The notes below the pieces were generated by a model. The model worked only from the letters and a program-made list of their open reading frames with translations, searched no databases and was not told where the DNA came from. This document shows positions 10,597 to 20,998 of a stretch of DNA of 64,000 bases, piece after piece. A program made the translations under genes and the position numbers. The stretch's first letter is position 1. Every line of letters begins with the position of its first letter. Source of the stretch: Vicinamibacterales bacterium (GTDB taxonomy: Bacteria > Acidobacteriota > Vicinamibacteria > Vicinamibacterales > JAMQPK01); contig CAWGSZ010000009.1 of NCBI GenBank assembly GCA_963825295.1, positions 24,188 through 88,187 of the forward strand, read 5' to 3'.

Positions 10597-13334
10597 TTGC
10601 GCCGCTTCCCATTGGCATTGATTTCCGGCACCCGGCTGGGCCCGTACAGATCGCCACCCAAATCGGCAAAGGTGGGATGGGTGAGGTGTATCGCGCGCTC
10701 GATCCCAACCTTGGGCGTCAGGTCGCCATCAAGGTTCTACCCGACACGTTCGCCCGCGACCCCGAACGGCTGGCGCGTTTCGAGCGCGAAGCGAAGACGC
10801 TTGCCGCACTGAACCATTCCAACATCGCGCAGATTTACGGGCTGGAGAAAGCGGACGGTGTCCGCGCGCTCGTAATGGAGCTGGTCGAGGGTTCCACGCT
10901 TGCCGAGCGCATTGCGCAGGGCCCGATTCCGGTGAACGAGGCGCTGGCCATCGCCCGGCAGATTGCCGAAGCGCTCGAAGCGGCGCACGAGCTCGGCATC
11001 GTTCATCGGGATCTGAAGCCGGCCAACATCAAAGTCAGGCCTGACGGCACGGTGAAGGTGCTGGACTTCGGTCTGGCAAAGGCGATGGACACAGCCGGAT
11101 CCACGGCGTCGGCCCCTGGCGCGCCCGGTCATCCTTCCGCGCTTTCGATGTCTCCGACCATCACGTCGCCGGCGCTGCTCACTGGCGCCGGCATCATCCT
11201 GGGTACCGCCTCGTACATGAGTCCGGAGCAGGCGCGCGGCAAGGCCGTCGACAAGCGCTCGGACGTGTGGGCGTTCGGTTGCGTGCTTTACGAAATGCTG
11301 ACCGGCCGGCGCGCCTTTGGCGGAGACGACGTGACCGATGTCCTCGCGCGCGTGCTCGAGCGCGATGTCGAGTTCGGGGCCATTCCCGCTTCAGTTCCGC
11401 CGGCGGTCCATCGTTTGTTGCGCCGGTGCCTGGCGAAGGATCCACGCCAGCGCCTGTCCGGCATCGAAGTGGCTCGGCTGGAGATCGACGATGCCTTGAC
11501 GGCGCGTCCGGAGATCTCGCAAACCGCGTCGGCGGGCTCGCGGTCGCGGTGGGAACGCGCGGCGTGGGCTGCCGGTGTCGTTGGCGCCGCAGCAGTTGCG
11601 GGTGGCGCGGCGTACTACAGTCGTCCTGTGCCGGCGCCGCCTCCTGAAGTGCACTTCGAGATACCCGTCACGCAGATGCGCTTCCTCAGCGACATCGCGA
11701 TATCGCCGGACGGCCGCCGCGTCGCGTTCGCAGCGGCGACGCCGAGCGGCCGCGACGGCATCTGGATTCGCGAGCTCGATGCACCCACGACGCGGCTGCT
11801 GGCCGGTACCGAGAATACCGTGCCGCAGCCCGTGTACCCGGCCTGGTCTCCCGACAGCCGATACCTCGTCTTTGCCGCGGATGGAAATCTGAAGAAGGTC
11901 GATATAACCGGCGGGCCGCCGCAAACGCTCACCGCGCTTGGCGGCCAGATTGGCGGGGCGACGTGGAATCGCGACAACGTCATCATCTTCGCCAGCAACG
12001 ATCACGGCCTGCGGAGAATCTCGGCGTCCGGGGGCGAGGTGAGTGCGGTCAGCGAACGCGACACGTCGCTCGAAGAGATCTTTCACGACAACCCCGTGTT
12101 CCTTCCCGATGGAAGGCACTTCCTGTATCTCGCCTGGAGCAACGCAAAACCGGAGAATCGCGCAATCTTCATCGGCTCGCTCGATTCGCCATCACGCACA
12201 CGGCTGATGACCGCCGAATCGAACGCGGCATACAGCCAGGGGCGTCTGCTGTTTCTCCGTGCCGATACGCTGGTAGCACAACCCTTCGATCCGGAAGGTC
12301 GGCGGTTCACCGGCGAGGCCGTGGCGCTCGGCGTGCGTGTGGCCAAGGTCGCCCAGGAGGTGGGCGCGTTTTCGGTGTCCGACACCGGTACGCTCATCTA
12401 CCGCGAGCCGGGTACCGGCGCGCCCACTCGACAGTTTCTGTGGATGGATCGCGAAGGCAAGACAGTCAAAGCCGCGGATGCCGAATTTTCCATGGCCCCC
12501 GGCATGAAGTTGTCGCCGAGCGGCAAGCAGATCGCGTTTATAGAAGGGATCCCTCCCGACATCTTTCTCTACGACCTCGATCGCCGCGTCAAGACGAGGT
12601 TGACGACCAACCCCGCGGTCGACCACAGCGCTGTATGGTCACCAGACGGCAGCAGGGTGGTGTTTGATTCGCATCGCCCCGATCCAGGTGGCAGGGGTGA
12701 GGGGGCCGGTCTGTACGAAAAGCCTTCGAATGGAGCGACCGCGGAGCAGCCGATTCTCGATCGTGAGAACGGCGTCCAGCACTCGCCGCGCGACTGGTCA
12801 AGCGACGGGAGCGTGCTCATCTTTGCCAGGCAGGGGCAGAACGGGCGCTGGAATCTGTGGGGGCTTCCGCTGACCGGCAACCGCAAACCGTTTCCGTATC
12901 GCAACGGCGACTTCAGCGAAAACGAAGCGTCGTTGTCGCCCAGCGGCCGGTTCCTCGCATTCACGTCGAACGAGTCGGGCAGGAACGAGGTCATCGTGCA
13001 GCCGTTTCCGGATCCCAGTGGCGGCCGCTGGCAGATTTCCACTGAGGGCGGTTCGGCCCCGCGATGGCGCCGCGACGGGCGGGAGTTGTACTACATCGAC
13101 TTGAAGGGCCGTCTCATCGGCGTGTCCGTAACCACGGTTCCCGACTTCAGCGTTCAGCAGACGACGCTGACGATCCAGACTCCTCTGCAGCTGCCGGTGC
13201 AAGTCGGCGGTGGGGGGTTCCCATACGATGTGGCGCCCGATGGACAACGCTTCCTGCTCACGGTGCCCGTCACGGGCATCACGGCGACGCCCATCAGCGT
13301 GCGCGTGAATTGGGCGGCTCTAGGGGGCAACTAG
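10597..13334 (+). CDS. Ser/Thr protein kinase fused to a TolB-like beta-propeller; one frame disruption at about 10648
   Basis: TTG 10597 gives ..ISGTRLGPY. After a 1-nt correction at CGTAC^AGATC the reading continues as (Q)IATQIGKGGMGEVYRALD..VAIKVL (P-loop and Lys). Further kinase motifs: HRDLKPANI, DFGLAK, YMSPEQ. One TM segment follows, then repeated WSPDG/PDGR-containing propeller blades. Confidence 0.85.
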
Positions 13335-13343
13335 CAGCGTTGA

Positions 13344-13365
13344 CAGGGCTGAAGCCCTGTGCCAC
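13344..13365 (-). repeat. REP-like hairpin (GTGG head variant, TTCA loop)
   Basis: The minus strand reads GTGGCACAGGGCTTCAGCCCTG, between convergent genes. It is the same core as the plus-strand copy at 54060..54082. Confidence 0.55.
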
Positions 13366-13392
13366 CGAGAACTGATTACTGAGAACTGATAA

Positions 13393-14037
13393 CTATTTGC
13401 CCAGGCTGCGAAGGATGCTGTCGGTCACCGCCGCGGCGAGCACTTCATATCCCTCTTGCGTGTAGTGCGTCCCATCAGGGCCCATCATCTTTTCCCGGCC
13501 GCGGGTTTCGACCAGAGTGTGCAGATCGTCGATCGGCACGCCGGCCTGCTTCATCACCGAGACCGCAGTGACGTTATATTTCTGTACGTCGGCCTCGAAG
13601 CGGTCGAACCCTGCTTTTCGTTGCGCATGCAGGTTGTCGATGATTGGCGTCGTCGTTCCGAATACGACGGTGGCCTTCGTTTCCTTCCGTATGCGATCGA
13701 GGATGGCCTTCAGGTTCTTCTCGTACTCGGAGAGCGGAACCTGATAGCCCTTGTCCGTCAGCTTCAGATCGTGGAGGCCGGCGTTCAGGTGAACGACGGC
13801 GGGCTTCGCCTTGATGACCCATTCGTCGAGGTTTCTGAGGACGTTGCCGCTGTCCTCGCCGTTCGGCTTCGCGCTGACGACGATCGCCTTGCCGGCGAGC
13901 AGCTTTGCCACAAAAGGCGCGTAGCCCATGCGGATGGAATCGCCGACCAGGACGACGGTGGGCAAGGGCTTCTCCTGCGCGGCGGCACCCGCGACCAGAA
14001 TCGAGACGAGAATCGCAGACCAGCAGCGCGTCAACAT
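13393..14037 (-). CDS. SGNH/GDSL-family hydrolase, secreted
   Basis: Signal peptide, then the block I motif VLVGDSI, LNAGLHD, and the C-terminal DGTHYT (Asp-x-x-His). Confidence 0.8.
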   Translation of the reverse strand: MLTRCWSAILVSILVAGAAAQEKPLPTVVLVGDSIRMGYAPFVAKLLAGKAIVVSAKPNGEDSGNVLRNLDEWVIKAKPAVVHLNAGLHDLKLTDKGYQVPLSEYEKNLKAILDRIRKETKATVVFGTTTPIIDNLHAQRKAGFDRFEADVQKYNVTAVSVMKQAGVPIDDLHTLVETRGREKMMGPDGTHYTQEGYEVLAAAVTDSILRSLGK

Positions 14038-14157
14038 GGCGGCTTCCTCCAGCGCGGTGCCGACATGATAACGCCTCCCGGTTGTGTGGTATAACGTCGG
14101 CCTCGAGTCAAATTCAGCGTTCCTGCGGAATCGGCAACACCGTTGAGAGGTGATTCC

Positions 14158-15069
14158 ATGGAAATCAAACGAAGAGAATTTCTGGCGACCGGTCTCGCGT
14201 TGAACCTCGGTGCGGCGGCGGCTGTGCTGGCTCAGGGTGGGGCGGCGCCCGCTCGTGCCGGCGGCGGTGGCAGGGGCCGCGGCTCTGTTCAGACCCGCGT
14301 TGGAAAGACGACCCGGATGTTCAAGTCCCCCGGCATGTATCCCAACGCGCTGGCCGTCATGACCGACGCACCAGGGGGGCTGTGGATCGGCCAGCAGAAG
14401 ATCACCGCCGACAACAGCAAGACGTACAACCTGCCGGTGGAGAAAGATCCCAGCGAGGCCGCATGGCTGGTCGATTGGAGCGGCAAGCTGGTCAAGACGG
14501 TCACGACGCAGGCGCGCAATACCTCCGGGATGGCCTACGGAGATGGCTACGTGTGGATGGGGGCGAACTCAGAGCCTTATGGCATCTTCCAGGTCGACCA
14601 GAACTCGAAGCAGATCTCGCACCGTCAGATTCCGCTCAGCATCGACGGCCGAGGCGGCGGGACGCATGGCGTGAAGTGGCACAAAGGCAAGCTCTGGATC
14701 GCAGCCCTGCGGCTGGGCGGCATCATGCGTGTCGATCCGAAGTCGTGGGCGCCCGAAGTCCTGATCCGGATCAGCTCCGAGGAGAGACCGCGCCTGCACG
14801 ACGTGGCCTTCGACAACGAGGACAACATCTGGGTCGTGAACGGCAACAACAGCACCAGCTATGCCGAAGGGAAGATGGCCATCAATAAGTATGACGGCCG
14901 GAGCGGCCAGCACCTGATGACGGTCGAGCTTGCGCCCGGATCGTGCGATCCGCACGGGCTCGTGTGGCACGAGGGGCGGCTCATCAGCTGTGATGCCGGC
15001 ATCCACCCCGGATGGAAGGGGTTAGAGAGCCCGCACAGCGGCTATATCTTCAGCATCGAGGTGGCGTAG
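14158..15069 (+). CDS. Tat-exported hypothetical protein, beta-propeller-like
   Basis: ATG 14158 follows GAGAGGTGA. MEIKRREFLATGLALNLGAAAAVLA is a Tat motif. The repeated hydrophobic/Gly/Trp pattern suggests a propeller. I cannot make a confident family assignment. Confidence 0.6.
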   Translation: MEIKRREFLATGLALNLGAAAAVLAQGGAAPARAGGGGRGRGSVQTRVGKTTRMFKSPGMYPNALAVMTDAPGGLWIGQQKITADNSKTYNLPVEKDPSEAAWLVDWSGKLVKTVTTQARNTSGMAYGDGYVWMGANSEPYGIFQVDQNSKQISHRQIPLSIDGRGGGTHGVKWHKGKLWIAALRLGGIMRVDPKSWAPEVLIRISSEERPRLHDVAFDNEDNIWVVNGNNSTSYAEGKMAINKYDGRSGQHLMTVELAPGSCDPHGLVWHEGRLISCDAGIHPGWKGLESPHSGYIFSIEVA

Positions 15070-15108
15070 AACCGCCCACGAACCGTCGCGCGCGCCTGCA
15101 TTATCCCG

Positions 15109-15138
15109 GAGGCGGCTCCGCTATGGTGGAGCCGCCTC
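15109..15138 (+). terminator. GC-rich stem-loop downstream of 14158..15069
   Basis: GAGGCGGCTCC (15109-15119) pairs perfectly with GGAGCCGCCTC (15128-15138) around an 8-nt loop. No T-tract follows. Confidence 0.3.
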
Positions 15139-15270
15139 GGTAATCTGTCCGACACACGATGGGCGAAGCGACTTGCCATCAACTATTTACGCAAGTGCCG
15201 GAATTCCGCTCCTTCTGGCCCCCCTCTTGCGATGTGCCGTCCGTTTGCCATCTTCTTAGGAGGAAAAGAC

Positions 15271-15831
15271 ATGATGAGTCGTTCCGCAGGTACCCAATTG
15301 ATGCTCGCCCTCGCCGTTGCCGCGTTCGTCGCGACCGCCGTGCCCGTTAGCGCACAGAAACCGGTGACGCAGGGCGCCGCCGTCAGCGAAAGCTTCACCA
15401 TCACCGCCATCGACTACAAGTCGCGGCTTGTCACCTTGCGCGACGCCAAGGGTGAGTCCGACACGATGTATTGCGGACCCGAGGTGACGCGCTTCGACAA
15501 GCTCAAGGTCGGCGACAAGGTCAACTTCCGCTATTACGAGTCTGTGGTCTACGCGATCCAGAAGCCCGGCTCGGCGAAGCCCGCCGCGTCGGAGACAGGC
15601 GGCCTCGTGCGGACGCCAGGAGAGAAGCCGGGCGGGACGCTCTCGCAGCAGATGACCGCGACGGTCACCGTCGCTGCGATCGACACAAAGGTCCCGTCGG
15701 TCACGATCACGGCAGCCGATGGCGCGAAGATGTCGTTCAAAGTGGAGAACCCCAAGAATCTCGAAGGCGTGAAGGTTGGCGACAAGGTCGACATCACGTA
15801 CACCCAGGCCCTGGTCATCAGCGTCGAGTAG
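15271..15831 (+). CDS. Secreted protein made of two homologous ~70-aa repeats (unknown family)
   Basis: ATG 15271 lies 7 nt after AGGAGGA and is followed by a signal peptide ending VSAQ. The two repeats are ITAIDYKSRLVTLRDAKGE..KLKVGDKVNFRY and VAAIDTKVPSVTITAADGA..GVKVGDKVDITY. Confidence 0.7.
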   Translation: MMSRSAGTQLMLALAVAAFVATAVPVSAQKPVTQGAAVSESFTITAIDYKSRLVTLRDAKGESDTMYCGPEVTRFDKLKVGDKVNFRYYESVVYAIQKPGSAKPAASETGGLVRTPGEKPGGTLSQQMTATVTVAAIDTKVPSVTITAADGAKMSFKVENPKNLEGVKVGDKVDITYTQALVISVE

Positions 15832-15865
15832 GTGTGTCATAGCCTCTCGATGGCTCCGTTCGGGC

Positions 15866-17095
15866 ATGGTTGTGTTGGCGTCGCTGGCGCTGACGCCCGA
15901 ACGTGCCTTGTGCCAGGCGCCGGCCGACCCCGCGGCTGAACAGCAGTCCGACCTCGTCAGCACCATGGACGTGGTCGACCTGATTCGCAAGCTGCGTCAC
16001 AAGGATCCGCCGCCACCGGCGGCGGCCAGCGATCGGCCAAAGATGCGCGCGATCGCGCCGGTGATCGGTGCGAAGCCATCGAGCGGCGTCATCGGGGGGG
16101 TGGCGGGGAATGTCGCCTTCTATCGGGGCGATCCCGCGACGACGCGCATCTCGTCGAGCGTGGTGAGCGCGACGGTCACGAGCAAGAAACAGGCGGGCAT
16201 CGGCGCGCACACGACGATGTACACCCGCGACGACGGCTGGCTGTTCGAAGGGGACTACCGGTTTCAGTGGACCTCTCAGGAAACCTTTGGACTGGGCACG
16301 AGCACCAGCTCGCCGACCGGCGATCTCGCGAAATTCGATTTCTACCGGCTCTATCAATCACTCTACCGCCGCCTGCGCCCGCATCTGTTCGCAGGTGGCG
16401 GCCTGTACTTCGACAGCCACACGGACGTAAGGCCCGGCGAAGACGCGGAAGACAGCTGGCCGCAGTCGCCGTACTACCTCTACAGCACCACGAACGGCCT
16501 GCCGCTCGACACCCAGATGTCGGTCGGGCCGAGCGTCGAGATCATGTGGGACACCCGCGACAGCTTCATCAACCCTGGTCGCGGCTGGCTCGCGCGCGCA
16601 GGCTATCGTGTGCACATCGACGGGCTGCTTGGCGGCAGCTCGAGCTGGGAGAAGGTCAATCTCGATCTGCGCAGCTACGCGCCGCTCTCATCGGATCGCC
16701 GGCACAGGCTTGCGGTGTGGGCGTACGCCGACCTCGTCGTTGATGGTGTCGCGCCGTATTTCGATCTGCCGACGACCGCCGGCGATTCGTACGGCCGTTC
16801 GGGCCGCGGCTACGCCGAGGGGCATTTTCGCGGAGAGAAGCTCGCGTTCCTCGAGCTCGAGTATCGCGGACCGCTAACGCGCAACGATCTTCTTGGTGTC
16901 GTGGCCTTCTTCAACACGACGACGATTTCCAATCATCAGGAAGGCGAGCGTCTCTTCGACAACTTCGCTCCGGGTGGAGGAGCCGGATTGCGGCTGCTCC
17001 TCAACAAACGATCGAAAACCAATCTCGCGTTCGACGTCGGGTTCGGCGAACGTGGAAACCGCGGCATCTACCTGATGGTCCAGGAAGCCTTCTGA
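15866..17095 (+). CDS. Omp85/BamA-family (bacterial surface antigen) outer-membrane beta-barrel without recognisable POTRA domains
   Basis: Signal peptide MVVLASLALTPERALCQA. The sequence has an alternating beta-strand pattern. The C-terminus is GGGAGLRLLLNKRSKTNLAFDVGFGERGNRGIYLMVQEAF, ending in Phe as is typical for OMP barrels. Confidence 0.65.
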   Translation: MVVLASLALTPERALCQAPADPAAEQQSDLVSTMDVVDLIRKLRHKDPPPPAAASDRPKMRAIAPVIGAKPSSGVIGGVAGNVAFYRGDPATTRISSSVVSATVTSKKQAGIGAHTTMYTRDDGWLFEGDYRFQWTSQETFGLGTSTSSPTGDLAKFDFYRLYQSLYRRLRPHLFAGGGLYFDSHTDVRPGEDAEDSWPQSPYYLYSTTNGLPLDTQMSVGPSVEIMWDTRDSFINPGRGWLARAGYRVHIDGLLGGSSSWEKVNLDLRSYAPLSSDRRHRLAVWAYADLVVDGVAPYFDLPTTAGDSYGRSGRGYAEGHFRGEKLAFLELEYRGPLTRNDLLGVVAFFNTTTISNHQEGERLFDNFAPGGGAGLRLLLNKRSKTNLAFDVGFGERGNRGIYLMVQEAF

Positions 17096-17284
17096 CGGCG
17101 TGCCGCTGGCCGGCATCTCCGCTTTCAACTCTGCACGTTCACTGTCCAACTTCCGCACAATTTCACGCGTCAACGGCGCGCTGCCTGAGAGGCCGTGTCC
17201 TAAACGCCGCGCCAAGTTGGGTTTAAGGACGCCCTCCAGAACGCCGTAGCGGTCTGTCATTTGCACTAAGGCTGCGGTCACCCA

Positions 17285-18286
17285 ATGGAACAAAGCGCGA
17301 AAGTGCTCGTTGTGGATGATTACGAACCGAATGCCAAGGGGATGCGCGACCTCCTCGTGGCGGCAGGCCACACTGTGCGCGTCGCGTACAACGGCATCGA
17401 CGCGCTGCAAGTTGCGTCGGAGGAGCCGCCCGACCTGATCGTGCTCGACGTGGTGATGCCGGGGATGTCCGGCGTGGAAGTCTGCCGCGAACTGAAGGCG
17501 CGCAGCCTCACGCGGTTGACGCCGGTTGTGCTAGTCACCGGCAATTCGGAGCACACGTACCGCCTCGACGGACTCGAGGCCGGCGCCGACGACTTCATCA
17601 AAAAGCCGCTCGATATCCCCGAGTTCCGTACGCGAGTCCGCTCGCTTCTCCGCATGAAGCGCCTGACCGATGAACTGGAATCGACCGAAGCGATCGTCTC
17701 GATGCTCGGACAAATCGTCGAGGCGCGCGATCCGTACACGGAAGGGCATTGCGAGCGTCTTGCCGCCTATGCGACCGGTCTTGGCGCGGCGCTGGGACTG
17801 TCAGACTTCGATCTCGACACGCTGAATCGCGGTGCGGTCCTGCACGACGTGGGAAAAATCGGCATTACCGACGGCGTGCTTCTCAAGCCGGGCCCGCTGA
17901 ACGCCGAGGAACTGATGCTGATGAGACAGCATCCGGTGATTGGCGACAGCCTGTGCCGCACCGTGCGATCGCTCGAACGCGTGCGGCCGATCGTCCGGTC
18001 GCACCACGAACGGGAAGACGGACGCGGATATCCCGACGGCCTCTGCCGCGGGGAAATCCCGCTGCTCGCCCAGATTGTCGGCGTTGTCGATGTCTTCGAC
18101 GCGCTGACGACCAACCGCCCGTACCGGAAGTCGCTGCCCACGCAGGCCGCGTACGACATCATGCTGAAGGACGCGGCGTCCGGCTGGTGTCGCAGTGAGC
18201 TCGTCGTCACCTTTGTCGAGCTTCACCGCAGCGGGCAGTTCGAGAAAGTCGCGGCGAGTCCAGCCTGCGTGAAGCGCACGCCGTAA
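17285..18286 (+). CDS. Response regulator with HD-GYP c-di-GMP phosphodiesterase domain (RpfG-like)
   Basis: Receiver domain motifs VLVVDD, DLIVLDVVMPGMSG (phospho-Asp) and DDFIKKP. HD-GYP motifs HDVGK and HHEREDGRGYPDGL. Confidence 0.9.
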   Translation: MEQSAKVLVVDDYEPNAKGMRDLLVAAGHTVRVAYNGIDALQVASEEPPDLIVLDVVMPGMSGVEVCRELKARSLTRLTPVVLVTGNSEHTYRLDGLEAGADDFIKKPLDIPEFRTRVRSLLRMKRLTDELESTEAIVSMLGQIVEARDPYTEGHCERLAAYATGLGAALGLSDFDLDTLNRGAVLHDVGKIGITDGVLLKPGPLNAEELMLMRQHPVIGDSLCRTVRSLERVRPIVRSHHEREDGRGYPDGLCRGEIPLLAQIVGVVDVFDALTTNRPYRKSLPTQAAYDIMLKDAASGWCRSELVVTFVELHRSGQFEKVAASPACVKRTP

Positions 18287-18357
18287 TAAATCCCCGATTT
18301 TCGACTACACTTATCACTCCAAGCGATACCAATAAGGGCGGGGGCTTTCCGGAGGGC

Positions 18358-20389
18358 ATGATGCTGTCACGAACTCTCTGCGCCATCCTGATCGTTCTGG
18401 TCACCATGTCGCCGGCCGTGGCCGAGGTCGTGCGGATCGAGGTCGCGTCGCGGGCCGACCTCGTCAATGGGAAGCCGTTCGGCGCGACCGGGCCCTATGA
18501 AAAACTGATGGGCCGCATCTACTTCGAAGTAGACCCTTCCAACGACGCCAACAAGATCATCACCGACATCGACAAGGCCCCGAGAAACGCACGCGGGCGC
18601 GTGGAGTTCTCGGCGGACTTCTATCTGATCAAGCCGAAAGAGATCGGGCGCGGCAACGGCACCGTGCTGTACGAAGTTTCGAATCGCGGCGGCAAGGGCA
18701 TGCTCGGCTTCTACAACCACGCTGCCGGGAGCCTGGATCCCGCCACCGACGAGCACATGGGCGACGGCTTCCTGATGAAGCAGGGCTTCACGCTGCTGTG
18801 GGTGGGGTGGCAATTCGATCCGCCGATGCGTGACGGCCTCGTCCACGTCTATCCGCCGGTTGCCACCAACAACGGATCGCCGCTCGTCGGCATCGTCCGC
18901 AGCGAGGTGATCGTCGCGAAAACAGCATTCGATGCGTCGCTCGCCGATCGCGACCATACCGCGTATCCCGTGGCCGACCCGAACGATCCGGCCAACACCT
19001 TGAGCGTGCGCGACACGATCGAGGGTTCGCGCCGCTTCATCCCGAGGAGCGACTGGAAGTTCGCGCGTCTCACGGATGGAAAGGTCGTGCCCGACCTGAC
19101 GCGCGTCTATCTCAACGGCGGCTTCCAGCCCGGCAAGATCTACGAAGTCGTTTACAAATCGCAGAATCCACCTGTCGTGGGTGTGGGCCCGGCGGCCGTG
19201 CGCGACGTGATCTCTCACCTGAAATACGCGTCGGCCGATCCGCTGTCGATTCCGGCCGGGTCGATTCAGCGCGCGATTGCGTTCGGCGTGTCTCAGAGCG
19301 GGCGCTTCCTGCGGACGTACCTGTACTACGGGTTCAACGAAGACGAGGGGCGCCGCAAGGTGTTCGACGGCGTCATGGCGCACGTGGCCGGCGCCGGCCG
19401 CGGCAGCTTCAATCTGCGCTTCGCGCAGGCCTCTCGCGACGGCCATCCGTTCCTGAACAAGTTCTACCCGACCGACATCTTCCCGTTCGCGGACCTCGCG
19501 CAGACGGACCCGAAGACGGGGGAGAAGGACGGGCTGCTGCTGCGCGTGAAGCCCGAGTTCACGCCGCGGATCTTCTACACGAACTCGTCATATGAGTACC
19601 TGGGGCCGTGCGGCGTCGCTGATTCACACCAGCGTCGACGGCAAACAGGATGCCCCGCTGCCGGACGGCACGCGCATCTACATGTTCGCGGGCGGCCAGC
19701 ACGGTCCTGGACCGTTTCCGCCGCGGCGGAGCATCGGGCAGCAGTTGAACAACCCGAACGACTACCGCTGGTCGATGCGCGCGCTCCTGCTGTCGATGAA
19801 CCGCTGGATCAAGGACGGCGTGGCGCCGCCGCCGAGCCGGTATCCACGGATCGCCGACAACACGCTGGTGCAGCTCGATTCGCTGAAGTTCCCAACGCTC
19901 GACGGCGTCGGCAAGCCGACCGAACCGCACAAGGCTTACCGCGTGTTCTACGGTCTCGACTTCGCGTCGAAGGGCATCATCAGCGTGGATCCGCCCGAGG
20001 TGAACGAAGCGTTCCCGATCCTCGTGCCCCAGGTTGATGCCGACGGCAACGAGCTGGCCGGACTGAAGATGCCAGAAGTCGCGGTGCCGCTGGCGACCTA
20101 CACGGGCTGGAACCTCTTCAACGCCGAATCGGGTCCCACGAACCTGCTGTCGAGCATGCAGGGGTCGTATATCCCGCTGTCCCGCACGCGCGCCGATCGC
20201 GAGCGCACCAAGGATCCGCGCCCATCGATCGAAGAGCGGTACCAGGGCAAGCAGCAGTATCTCGACCGCGTGACGGCGGTGGCCAGGGACCTGGTGCAGC
20301 AGGGTTATCTGCTTGAAGAGGACGTCAACACGCTCGTCCGGCACGCCGATGCGCAGTGGAGCTCGTTGACACCCGTCGCGGCGCATTGA
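18358..20389 (+). CDS. Secreted alpha/beta-hydrolase-domain protein (large uncharacterised hydrolase family); one frame disruption at about 19600
   Basis: ORF 18358.. reads sensibly up to ..FYTNSSYEY. ORF 19592..20389 continues WGRAASLIHTSVDG... Removing one C in GAGTAC[C]TGG joins them. GVSQSGRF is a candidate nucleophile elbow. Confidence 0.7.
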
Positions 20390-20573
20390 GCCGCTTTTCT
20401 CGAACCGTGATATGCTACTTACGGGATTCTGCTAGTGCTCTGCACTCTCTGGTCGAACGAGATTCTTCCCTGACTCGGTCCAGCCAAGCTCAGTCGAGTA
20501 ATGAACCAGCATTCCAAGAATGGCATCCGCACCGGATGCTGATAAGGCCGCATGTTAGGCGGCAGTGGGGTAG

Positions 20574-20924
20574 ATGATGGGTAGAAAACTGTTTGTCGGA
20601 AACCTTCCGTTCGACACCGCCGAGGGCGATCTCCAGGACTTGTTCGCGAAGACCGGCACCGTTGAATCGGTGAGGGTGATGCGCGACCAGATGACGGGCC
20701 GCGCACGAGGCTTTGCCTTCGTCGAAATGAGCACCGACGAGGAAGCTCAGCGGGCGATTGCCGAGCTGAACGAGACGCAGCTGGGCGGTCGCGCCCTGGC
20801 CGTCAACGAGGCCAGACCGAAGACCACCAGCGGCGGTGGTGGCGGTTTCGGTGGTGGCGGTGGCGGCGGCCGTTCCAAGGGTGGTGGCGGCGGCGGCTTC
20901 AAGAAGCGCGAGCCCCGCTGGTAA
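20574..20924 (+). CDS. RRM-type RNA-binding protein with Gly-rich tail
   Basis: KLFVGNLPF (RNP2) and RGFAFVEM (RNP1), with a C-terminal SGGGGGFGGGGGGGRSKGGGGGGF tail. Confidence 0.9.
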   Translation: MMGRKLFVGNLPFDTAEGDLQDLFAKTGTVESVRVMRDQMTGRARGFAFVEMSTDEEAQRAIAELNETQLGGRALAVNEARPKTTSGGGGGFGGGGGGGRSKGGGGGGFKKREPRW

Positions 20925-20936
20925 TCGGCAGATAGG

Positions 20937-20975
20937 AAAAGCCAGTGCCGTCAGGTACTGGCTTTCTTCTTTTCC
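20937..20975 (+). terminator. Rho-independent terminator after the RRM gene
   Basis: AAAAGCCAGT (20937-20946) pairs with ACTGGCTTTC, followed by the T-rich run TTCTTTT, 13 nt after the TAA stop. Confidence 0.6.
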
Positions 20976-20998
20976 GGTTCGGGCACACAATGTGCGGC

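Noticed and set aside
16874-17410. 178-aa minus-strand ORF spanning the intergenic region between the Omp85-type gene and the response regulator
   Set aside because: It overlaps both flanking genes. The intergenic part uses many A/T-ending codons atypical for this genome. No RBS or motifs.
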